A stretch of 64,000 nucleotides of DNA, taken from assembly GCA_965645245.1 (NCBI GenBank), contig OZ287068.1, positions 3,100,001-3,164,000 on the forward strand, in the 5' to 3' direction. Every line of letters begins with the position of its first letter. Within the stretch, counting starts at the first letter, position 1. A program made the position numbers and the translations under genes. The notes under the pieces are model-generated. The model worked only from the letters and a program-made list of their open reading frames with translations. It was not told the origin of the DNA and made no database searches. The DNA comes from Massalongia carnosa. Its lineage: Eukaryota. Positions 12,901 through 24,168 of this stretch are shown here, piece after piece.

Positions 12901-13539
12901 ATAGGCGGCAATCTGCTGTGGGATGAAGTTATCGTGATATTATGCTGTTCCTCCAGTTGAACTATCGTTGAGCGCTTACGACCATCTTGATGAAACTTTT
13001 TGTATCCTGGCCTTATCACGTTCTATCACTGACCTAAGTAGGCGCCATCAGGATGGCGCTTTTTAATGGCGAGTTTTCTTGGTGAAGCCAAGAGGACAGC
13101 TTCGATTGTCTTTCTACATTTTCAAATTATATTCATTCCAAAGCCTCAAGCCTCGCAAAGGAGAAGCAGACACGCAAGTCTCTAATGACCTACCTACCGG
13201 TAGAGGCATGTGCGGTATTATCCTTGCGGCCTGTTAATCGCTTGTGAGCTATATCGTAGCTATGCACAGTCTTTTTTGTCATCATCAGCGAACCGCATTA
13301 ACCGTTACGCCAAATTTCGGACTCTGACATCCAATCCTTATCACAGTCGTCGAATCAGACGTGGATATGCCAATTGGCTGAAAAGAATAATTCAATCTTT
13401 CAGGTGTGGTTGATATACTTTACTTTTCGACATTAATAAACCGTTGTTCTTAACATTCTTGAGCTCGTTCTTTTTCTTTTTTCACTTCTTCATGTAAAGG
13501 TTTTTACTCTGATACGCAACTCAATTTTATCCTCAGCGA

Positions 13540-16500
13540 ATGATGTTTCCTTCCTCTGCAGTCTTTGCGCTACTTGCTTTGGCAAAATGTATCTTGTCCT
13601 TAGAAGGAGCTCTTGACTTGTGTAACATAAATTTCGAGCACAGGAAACCAACCCCAGTTGCTCCATTTTCCCTACATGGGGCGTTTGATGAATATGGCCG
13701 TGACTCCGGGGTACCAAACATCATGAAAAAAGACAATTATGGTCTCTGGCAGTATGATCTTATGACAGAATTGCCATCATTCTCCCAGGTGTATATCCCG
13801 GGACCTTATGAAGATCCTGAATCCGATATGTCCCCAGCAATTGGAGAATTTCGCAATTTTACCGTTGCCGGCCATTTATCACTAGTTTCCCCTCGGGGAA
13901 ATATAGTTAATGTGGATAGATATCCGGGATCTCCAGCCTTAGCTTATAGAATCATACTGAATGAGACCGACCTTGGATACTACCTGTCTCCTATCGGCTC
14001 CCGGAGGATTCATGTTGTCATCTACTTCCTTGGGACAGTTCCCATCTTGACCGGATTTGCTAGTATTCGAATCTATCAGTGTGCTTTCTATGCTGTAAAG
14101 GTCACGAAAGGGCAGTATACTTCCTATGACAGCACCCTCAAGATTTCGGCAAAACGGTTCAGTTCCTGGGACAGCTTTGGAGAATTTCAAAAATCGTATT
14201 AAATGTTTAATGTCTCTTGGCAAAAGTTCAAACAAGAAGTCCAACACGACACCAAAACTTCACCGCCGTACCATTCATTCTGATAGCGACGATGGAATAT
14301 GATATCGATGACTGGGAAATTAAGATCGATATTGGCGGTCTCGGGGCCATGGCCCAATTGATGAGCAGAAATCTGGAGCAACAAAATCTTGTCTGGGTGG
14401 TTCCTTGCATTCGTGGTATCGAGTACCCCAAAGACCAACGAGCAAACCCGATGACGGTAACTATCTTTGGGGTTCACTATATTGTTCAGGTCCAGTACCA
14501 TCGTCTCCGGAACATTACCTATGTGCTGTTGGACGCTCCAGTGTTCCGAGCTCAAACCACCACTGAGCCTTACCCTCGGTGGATGGATGACATAGACAGT
14601 GCCATTTATTATTCGACATGGTATGTGTCCTTAATCTAGTGCTCTGTCGTCACCAAAGTTTTAGCAATCTATACGCACCCCGTATGTTCAATCACCCCCC
14701 CTCCCCCCAATTTTGTTCATTGAGTTCTATTGGGCTTACCCTTCTTTGCCTGTGTTTTGCTATTTAGCATTTTTTTGTCATTATGGGCTTTCCTTAAAAC
14801 AATCTACTCGATGACCAACCTACAATTTTCTCCTTATAAGATTTTATACTATTTTTTGTGACCAGAATCGTCGCTGATAGCACTAACCTAATCAATAGGA
14901 ACTCTTGCATCGCTGAGGCTATAAGACGTTTTCCGATAGATCTCTACCACATTAACGATTTTCATGGAGCTCTAGCTCCGTTACACCTGTTACCTAGGGT
15001 TATACCGTGCTGTTTATCGCTGCACAATGCAGAGTTTCAAGGGTTATGGCCAATACGAAGTCATAGGAAGTTGATGAGTTGTGTCGCATTTACAATCTAG
15101 ATTTGGTCATTTTACGACAATACGTTCAGTTTGGCGAATTTTTCAATCTGCTTCATGCAGGTGTGAGCTATCTTCGTATCTGGCAGAATGGCTTTGGTGT
15201 CGTGGGTGTCTCTCAGAGTATTCAACACGATCATTCGCTCGATATCCCAAATTTGGGAGACTCGATAAGATTGGCAGCCTTCCGTATCCGGATCCTGCTG
15301 ATACAGAAGAGTTGGTCTTAGATGCTCGAGCATCTGCTCATACAATGGCAACTGGACCAGGATTTCGAAGCTAGAAGACCAAGTCTCAAGAGCCAGACTC
15401 AAGAGTGGGCGAACCTTGAGAAAATCCCCGAGGCCGAAATATTTGTCTTTATTGGTCGTTGGTCGATGCAGAGAGGTGTTGATCTGATAGCGGACGTTTT
15501 CCCTGCCATCATAGAGAAGTATTTGAACGTTCAGCTCATCTGCATTGGACCTATCGTGGATCTTTATGGAAAATTTGCAGCCTCCAAGCTTGATAAACTT
15601 GCTAGCCTGTACCCTAAAAGGGTTTGCTCTAGGCCAGAAGTCTTAGGCGTTCTGCATTTCGTGTCTAGTGGCGCTGAATTTGCCTTGATGCCCTCCCGTG
15701 ATGAGCCTTTTGGCTTAGCAGCAGTAGAGTTTGGTCGAAAAGGGGCTCTTGGCGTTGGTGTCCGCGTTGGAGGGTTAGGAAATATGCCTGGATGATGGTT
15801 TACGATTGAATCAACTTCGTCTAAGCACACGATCAGTCAGTTCAAGATGGCTATTGAAGCGGCGTTGGCATCTAAATCTGAAAACCGTGCGATCATGAGA
15901 GCACAGTCTACGAGGTAGAGGTTTCCGGTCGCGCAATGGAAAGCCAGTCTCGCCTTATTGCATGACACCGCCATTAGAGAATGCCAGAGAAAGGCCACAA
16001 CCAAAAAGTCCAAAACAAACAATACATTTGGAACGATAAAGCCCTCCATCAAATCAACTATTCCGTCAAGGCTTCTCTACCCGATGGATCGACGTAGAGT
16101 ACCAGTTCCTTTACCACCAAGTATGCCGCCGAGCGAGTCAACAACTCGAGTTGCAAGTCCTTCTGGGATATCTAGGCTTGAGGCAGGTCTCCCCTCCTTG
16201 GGCCGTATAATAGGCCCAGGCCATATAACGGAATCTGCTGAGCGTAAGCGTCCCCGCTTACGAGACGTATATCGAGGACGTAGGAGTAGAGGCCCTTTAA
16301 GGTATGAACCTAAATGTACCTTAATAACTTTATTCCGCTGAACTTTCAATATTATACTTTAGCCTTATCTTTGTTTTCATTTTATTCTTCCTCCTCCTCC
16401 CTTCGCTTATATTTAGGTTTGATTAAACCACTTGACTAAATAATCGATTCAATATAGCCAACCTCTACCGATTCCACCAGGGACAAAAGCAGCTAACAAT

Positions 16501-18960
16501 GCCCCCATGAAGTATTGTTCGCTCCGAGAAGGTGCTCTGGTAACTAGTTCCTTGAGTATTGACCACCAGATGAAGCCTTTGGACAGGATAGTAAAGTCTA
16601 TAAGCTTTACCGGTGCTTTTTCAATTCCTATTGTTATCGAATCTGGATACCCGAAGAGCCAAGTGAATAGACAGGGAAACGAGATACTAAACGACGATAT
16701 GCTTGAGAAAATGGACGATGGAAACTCTTCTAACAAGGGGTATTGTTAAGGTCTTAGCTTATAGCAATCATACCACGGTTCAAGATATTATGGACGAATA
16801 CTTTTTGACACCCGAGCAAGCGGGGGCTAGTAAAAGATTAAGCAAACTTGCCTCACTCAGACAGACGCTGGAAGCGCATATCACAGGTAATATTCTCGGT
16901 GTAACTAGTTCGCCTTCTCTCGCTTCCGCTGGTACTTTCAGGGCCCAGGAACTTTCTATAAACGCCTATGGCTCATTTCTAGCCGATGATCTATCGTTCT
17001 CGCATACCAGATCTTGGTTTCATAATTTTGCGCCTGAAGCTGCAGTTCCGAGGTCCGCTGAAGCAGATAAATCCCCAATACCGATAGCCCTAGAAACGAG
17101 TTTTACCCCAAACCTGGCGAGCTTGCCACTACTACCTCTGGACTCACATGTGAGCCTCGAGAGTCTGCTTCAAGGAAGAAAAGATTACCGGTTGCAAAAG
17201 GCCAAGCCTTCCTTCACTGATGCTACAGGCTTTTATTATCATGCTTTCTTCACAAAACTTCATGACCTGAACAGTAGAGCTTCAGAGGGTTCTCTGTGCA
17301 TAGAAAACTTCTTGGTTCAGAGCGAAAATGACTGGCTAAATCGCTTCCGGGGTGTTATGATGAGGAAGTCCCCCAATAGCTCTCTGGCTAGAACCGAAGG
17401 CCGTGGCAACCCCCTATACGCTGAGTTTGGCGAGGGCGAATGCCAAGATCAGTTCGCCTTGGAGGACGGTTATCGATATCCTACGGGCCTGAGAAACTTC
17501 TTCCTTCGACGAATTGGAGAGTGGCCAGTATACTCTTTTTTCCTTGCGTTCGTAAGTTCCCTTTACACCAAGGCGCCTGACGAAGACTAACATCCCCAAG
17601 GGGCAAATCCTCGGGGTCAGTTTCTATCATGTCACTCTCCTAACGGGCAAAGCTAGTCAGTCTGCTCAACAGTTCTACGTCATGGCTGGTATTTATATCG
17701 TTACATCCTTGTTATGGTGGGTCTCATTCCGTATGTTTAAATCGTTATACGTGCTCGTTGCGCCGTTTGCGTTTTATGGGTTGGCGTTTTTCGTTCTCGG
17801 AGTCACAAACTTTGCCCGTTTCGTACATGACAGGGATTGGATTGAGAATATTGCCACTGCCTTCTACGCCGCAGCATCCTCGAGCTATGGGTTTTATTTC
17901 TCCTTAAATTTCGCGAGCGAGCGTCTGTAATCACAACCCCTGCGTCGATAGTTCTCATCTCTGATTTCTCCCCAGGAGATGTGCCGGTCGCGACTTGGAG
18001 CTTTCGCGCGTGTGTGATACAGGGCAGCCAACAAATATACTTGGTGGTGCTCTGGTATTGGGGTTCTCGGGCTTCACTGTCTATGACCACCTCTACTACT
18101 AGGCTCGTTCATGACCCGAGCCTTACGAGGATCGCGCTGCCTATCGCACTGCTGATGTGGATCGTTTGCATCGTTCTATTCCATGGCTTGCCAGATTATT
18201 ATCGGCAAGCGCCTGAGCGGATTCCTTCGTTCTACAAACCCACCACGCACCGAAAAATCATCCTGGTAAGTGCAACATCGTCGTTCGGACCCAGGTTTCC
18301 GTCGTTCCGCTCTACTGACCACATCATCTCAGTGGTTCTTTGTCATGGTGGTAATTCGGAATTTCTTTCTCGCGCTACCATTCAGCCACAACTGGAAGTA
18401 TCTCTGGTCTAGCAGCCACGCACCGGCGTGGGCCGTGACTATCCTCGTCCTTGCCTTCTTCGTTGGCATTTGGGCTGCCATGCTTGCTTTCTTCGCTAGA
18501 CTTTCAACTTGGCACTTGTGGATCCTGCCTATGTTCGCTGTTGGCTTAGGCGCTCCACGCTGGGGTCAGATTCTGTGGAGCACATCCTCCATCGGCGCTT
18601 GGATCCCTTAGGCTGGATCGCCCCTCGCGGTGCTTTGGTTGGCCGGACGCTGTGGCTTTGGCTTGGAGTGCTCGACGCCATTCAGGGCGTCGGCTTTGGC
18701 ATGATCCTGATGCAGACCCTGACGCGGCTGCACATTGCCTTTGCCATGGGCGAGGCGCAGGTGCTTGGAGATATGGCCATGATCATCGCTCGTGCCTCCG
18801 CCTTTCAGTCCAACGGCCCCGGTTCCGTCTTCCCGAACCTAGCGGTCTCCGGCGTGCAGGGGTTGAAGAGCGTATGGTTCTGGGTTTGCCTGCTGCTGCA
18901 GTTGAGTATATGTGTAGGATTCTTCAAGTTTTCCGGAAAGAACAGCTTCAGAAACCATGA
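13540..18960 (+). pseudogene. ags: Alpha-1,3-glucan synthase (Ags/Mok family) pseudogene, N-terminally truncated
   Basis: GT5-type motifs: [101 protein letters not shown] multi-TM C-terminus ends FFRKEQLQKP. In-frame stops at 15793-15795 (GNMPG*W), 15916-15918 and 18609-18611, plus several frameshifts (e.g. ~15070, ~18930). Confidence 0.88.
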
Positions 18961-19927
18961 CGCTCCGGACAGGCTAACCGTTTGGGATGGAGGCTGCCTG
19001 TAGTGTACTCTCACACAACCGGTCCCTTCTTTCATTTTCTGTTTCCATCGTCATCTTGGGTTAGCCAGGCGAGAATCATACGGGATCCGACTTCAACGGT
19101 TGTTTACCGCAGCTTTCATGTATCCGATGCAGCGTTCGCTAGCGTATGAGTCGGGGCGGTTTATCGCGTTCCAGTCCCTTCTTTCTACCTTCTTTCTACC
19201 TTGCATCGTCCCTCTTGTTGAAAAGTCCGTCTCTTATTGAACCGATTTCCCTCTTAATGGGAACGTGATAGGTGGCTGACGAACGCCAGGCTACGTGGAA
19301 GAAAATGAACCTGTCCATTGCCAAACCGTTTTGATTTGAGAAAAAAACCAACGTGCGTCACAGAGTACTATAGACTACGACATAGTACTACCTCTCCACC
19401 TATCAAATTTCTGATTTCTGACGCAAAGGTGCGCTGGCCAAAGATAAGCGATCGGCAACAGACATCGAAATACCGAATCCACTGGAGAAGGTTCGTGAAG
19501 CTACATGCGAGCCAATCATCTTTTACTAGACGTTGGAGGTAGCACTAGGGGATAGCGGCGGGTGTAACCGAAGCACGAGCCCCTATACCCTGCATAAGTA
19601 TCGACTAGGGCATGTACCGCGTTTTTACGATTGTATGTACGAATTGCGACCCGCCAAAACATGCGCAAAAAAAACTCAAAACACAAATGCACAAAAACAC
19701 AAAACCACCCCTACCGCCTCCCGCCATCCCGAGCTCCTCCAGCCTCCCCACCCCCCCAGCCTCCCTCCTCCCCACAAACCATATCCAAACTCACCCACTC
19801 CAACCATCTCATCCAGCCCGCTCTTTATTTCCTTCCCAACCTCTCCTTCAACCTTCACTCGTTTCTTCTGCACATATATTTGGCGTGTGCTCGCTTTGAG
19901 TACAAGCCTACCCTCTCGTTCCTTAGC

Positions 19928-21034
19928 ATGTCCTGGCTGCGACGCTTGTCACGAGATCGATCTTACAAAGGCGAATCTAGTCCCCAAATGCCTCCTCGGC
20001 CCGCTTCCTTCCAAACGGATACCAACCATAACAGCAACAACATCAACAACAACAATAACCATAACAACAACAATATCAACAACCAATCCTTGCTATATAA
20101 AGACACGCAGTATTCCAGCACCCACAACTCACGAGACAAACTGTTATCATATCGCGCATCTGCACCGCAAGACCAGCAATTCAATTCACCTCAACGTCCT
20201 CCCGGCACTGCGAGCGATGCGACCATGCATACCGCTCCGTCCAACATGACATCCGCCCCGGATCCTTTAACGAAAGCCTTCAACGAAGCCATCAAGCCAT
20301 ATATTGATCAAATTGAGACCTTAAAGAACGAGCTGGAGGACACCACGTTGCAGCTTCAGCAATTGGAGGATGAGCGGGCAGACATGCACGCGTGGATCGA
20401 CAAGCGCGGTCTTCGAGCCGGTGAGCTCTCCATGAATCTAACCCGTTTCTCGTCATCTGTGCTGACTTATTATTCAGACGTGCCGCCTTCCATCGCGCAA
20501 GCCATGAACACCGACCCCTCCGCCGCGCAAACCCTCAATTACCACCTCGACCGCAAAATGACGGTCCTCAACCACGATCTGCACCGCCTGCAGGACTCTC
20601 TCTCCACCCACCTCCCCACCTCGACCTTCGCCACCACGCTGGAGACCCTCATTCCATCCATTGAAAACCTCTCCTCCCTCCCCAACGGGCCCCCCCTTGC
20701 GTTTGAGCTCATCATCAAACTCGGCGGCAACCTGAACTCGCACGGCGGCGACGAGGGCTGGAACAACGAGGCCGACGTCACCAGCCGCGCCGCCTTCTAC
20801 GGCCGCCTGGACGAATGCATGGTCGACGTGATTCGGCAGCGCCTGTCCCAATCCCACGGCGAGGACCCCCCGTGGATGATCATACGCGACATCAAGCGGC
20901 TGGAGAAGACGGGCTCCTTCCTCAAGAGCAAGATCGGTTTGCAGGCGTATTTCCCACGCAGCTTGGAGGTCATGCAGTACGAGGTCAAGAGGGGGGAATC
21001 GCAACTGGCGAGGCCGCAGCGGGTGTCTCCGTGA
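19928..21034 (+). CDS. Hypothetical fungal protein with Asn-rich N-terminus and coiled coil
   Basis: MSWLRRLSRDRS..., poly-N tract, coiled coil (YIDQIETLKNELEDTTLQLQQLEDERADMHAWIDKRGLR). In-frame 57-bp GT-AG intron at 20421-20477. GC-rich, coding-like 3' exon. Confidence 0.8.
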   Translation: MSWLRRLSRDRSYKGESSPQMPPRPASFQTDTNHNSNNINNNNNHNNNNINNQSLLYKDTQYSSTHNSRDKLLSYRASAPQDQQFNSPQRPPGTASDATMHTAPSNMTSAPDPLTKAFNEAIKPYIDQIETLKNELEDTTLQLQQLEDERADMHAWIDKRGLRAGELSMNLTRFSSSVLTYYSDVPPSIAQAMNTDPSAAQTLNYHLDRKMTVLNHDLHRLQDSLSTHLPTSTFATTLETLIPSIENLSSLPNGPPLAFELIIKLGGNLNSHGGDEGWNNEADVTSRAAFYGRLDECMVDVIRQRLSQSHGEDPPWMIIRDIKRLEKTGSFLKSKIGLQAYFPRSLEVMQYEVKRGESQLARPQRVSP

Positions 21035-22299
21035 ACGAGCATTTCCGGACCCTGGGGAGAGGGGTTGGAAAGGGTATATGGCTAGGGAAGATTTCAAATT
21101 ATCACGACGCTCATGATTGGATATGACGGCGTCCAACCTTGGGTATCTTGCAATGACGATTACGACCTAGCCGTGTGCGGGGCTTTTGTTTGGAAGCGCC
21201 AAAAGCGGGTTTTTCTTTCATTTCCCTTCCCTTGTGGGAAACTTGTTTTCTAGAAACCTTTTCACGGATGGTGGTGGATTGGGTGGATACCTAATATAGC
21301 GCGAATTTGTGCGTTTGGATGAACGGGTGGACATAGGTAAGTAGAAAGAGGGAGAGACGGGACTTGTTGTACCTAACCTTCCTAGCTACCACCCATCTAT
21401 CTACCTAACTACCTTTCTATGGTATTTATCTCTTATCGCCAGACGGGGGGGGAGGGGGAAGAGTCCCCCAAATCAACCGACAGCCACACACACACACATA
21501 ACACATACGTCAGGGCATGTTTCTCGGCTCTCTCTCTCTCTCGTTTCGCGCTCCCCCTTTTACCTGGCAATGTGAACCCGAATAAGCTAGTTTATTTTAC
21601 GTAATGTATGTATGTAAATATATATACGCTGCATATACATATACATATCCTAAACACATGAACAGCGCGAAAAGCCCTTATCCCTGGATTGAAAAGAAAA
21701 ATTTTTTCTTCGCTGGAGTGCTTATTTATAGTGGAGAGTCAGAGAACCATAGATCAATCCGTACGGTTGGGGGGGAAATCAAGAGCTATGCATGCATGAT
21801 GCATGCATCTTTTTGGAGCTGGGTAATGGAGTTGGAATTGATTCGGGGTTTGTATGTGTTGTGGACATTTTTGAGATGATCGATTCGGTCATGGTGTGGG
21901 CAGGAAGGTATCAATAGACACAGTATGCAACGTAGGGTTTTCCCTAGATGGACCGGCAATTAACCGGTGCGGTTAGACTGCGCTTTGAGAGTAGGGTTTG
22001 GTTTAGGAGAAGCGTGGAGGAAATCTGAGCGAGTGAGTAATGCTTTCTTCTTCGTGTTTGTTTTGTCTATTCACTATGTAATATAGTCGTCAGTTCTAGC
22101 AATCATTCACCACAGGGATAACTAGGCCCCAGTGCCGACCGTGACATATAGTTACCTATCTACGTACGTAGGTACGTAAATCCTCCTGTGTTAAGAGAGG
22201 GTTAGGCGTTTGAAAGTTGGACAACTGACATTTAACAGTAATACATATCGATTCGTGCAAAATGGCAATAAACGAATGCCTCATAATATGTGATGACAT

Positions 22300-23811
22300 C
22301 GGTATTCGGTAACAAACACCTTTTCTTGAAAGTGAACGGTTTGCCGTCAACTTTGGATATGAAGGCAAGCCATCAAGAAGAATATTGCGGAAGAGATTGT
22401 GTTTTTTCGAAAGCCTCCTTCTAATGTCTTCGATCTCGTTCAGTCGCTGTATCATCTCGCTTTAAACTTGGCTTCCCTTTTCGATGTCTGCAACGATTCA
22501 CGTGTCTTTAGGTTTAAGTAATCATCTGAAAAAGCATAGTGATTTTAAAAGCCTATTTATCGCCTGGATAAGAGCGTTCTCCAATGGCAAACTCGAGCGG
22601 GATATAGCACAACGTCCCTTCATTTAGAATTGTTTGACTCGTTGAACCCTGAGAAGAAATGCCAAAGTAGCAGAGCACTGTCCATGAGCTCCTTGATCGG
22701 GAACTGTATTTTCAGGCTTAGTTAACATGGAGTGGATGATCTCTTGACTACACATGCATTGTAGACCATGACTAGTGAAATTGAATGCTTATCCCATACT
22801 ATGCTAAGTTCTTTCCCAGAACATACTCTAAGTAAAGTGTCATACGAGGTTCGTCAGCTTCGAAGAACTCGACAGCAGATTGCTAAATTTTGTCAGTTCA
22901 GAACATATCAGTAGATTAGTTGTGAAAGACGTACCTAACCGCGTAGCCCGCGCAAGATGTTTGCCTAATTTACCCAAGTCTTAGCGGCTTCTGTCTAGAT
23001 TGGCTGCCGCCATATCTTTGCTGCAACTAATCTGAAAACTTTTGGGATGCGTGTCTTTCCGATAAATTCGTGTTGCGAAGTATGCGCCTAACTAGCTGGC
23101 TGCGGGGGATCTTGTGCTTTGACTACATCCTTTTTTTTTTTAATAGTCCTCGATTCTGATGCAGCATTCAGCGTATTCGAACCGCTAGAAATAAGCTCTC
23201 AATCATGAGTGAACACTTCGGTGAGCCGAGGAAGAATCTTGATTAGAAACTTCAAGCCGTCGCCAAGTAAGCAGCCATGTATTGCGTCTGAAACCCGCTT
23301 TGTTATGTTCAATGCTGAAGACATATTGAGGGGTGGCGATATCTTTAGCGATAATAAACAATAGAAGTAGATGAGTTATGTATACAATGCTATTCATCGT
23401 TCGTGTGCGGAATGAGGTGGTAATACAACGCGTTAATTCAGCAATCGCCTCATCGTGCTTGGTTTCACATAGTTCCGACCCTAGCACGAGTTGTGAATAC
23501 ACATTGATGCGTTTGCAGGAGTACAAGAATTCTGCCGTTGCCGATGCAGTTTTCGCTGTATGACACTTGCGCAGAATGGTTCTTATCTTCAGGGCAGGCG
23601 TCTTCGTCTTCAGAAATATCTGGTGGCGACCTCAAATTTTTAGTGATCGAGAGTCTAGCAACCCATCTCTGGTTCTCCGCTAGATTTAGAGAATAGATCG
23701 CTGAGTTAGTTACGGGTATGAGGATTGCCAAAACGTTGGCGCAATTAAATCACTCACGTCGAACCTGTCCACACGATGGAGCAAATTGCGCTCCTTCAAA
23801 GTGGTAGGCAT
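22300..23811 (-). pseudogene. Ser/Thr protein kinase pseudogene
   Basis: Manual minus-strand translation gives kinase subdomain remnants in order: LYLEYVLGKNL (~22838-22805), IIHSMLTKPEN (HxDxKPEN), VLCYFGIS (DFG position, ~22680-22655), GTLCYIPLEF...PGDK*AF...ITMLF (subdomains VIII-IX, ~22618-22530). Candidate ATG at 23811 and GT-AG introns. Many stops and frameshifts; boundaries are approximate. Confidence 0.7.
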
Positions 23812-24168
23812 AGCACTAGGAGTTGTCAAAGCTGTGGTGATGATTATAAAGGAGCTTGGGAGTCTGGAAGCCTGACAAAGGCACTAAGGCAATAAGAGAG
23901 GGGTATTGTGAGGCTGCAAGAGCGAGGATCTAGTCATAGGCCCATTGGACAGTTACTGCTCGACTTGAAATGCGACGTATTTCGACAAGCGTTTAGTTTT
24001 ATCATTGGCTGCTATGGGCTGACCACAAGGCTGAGTAAGTAGGCCTGCTCTATAATATTCTGGTCCCCTCGCTCACAGCAATAGGATTTCATTGGCCTTG
24101 AAGCTCTACCAAAACTTAACTAGAGCACCTTTCGCATCGACTATCTCAAATTTCAGTAAAACACACAA

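Noticed and set aside
10175..13400. Short ORFs and splice-like signals upstream of the ags pseudogene
   Set aside because: Possibly degraded genes, but I could not match them to GH13 or any other family.
19533..20249. Overlapping 238-aa ORF and upstream extension of the 467-aa ORF
   Set aside because: Low-complexity 5' UTR or alternative frame. The ATG at 19928 is the more plausible start.
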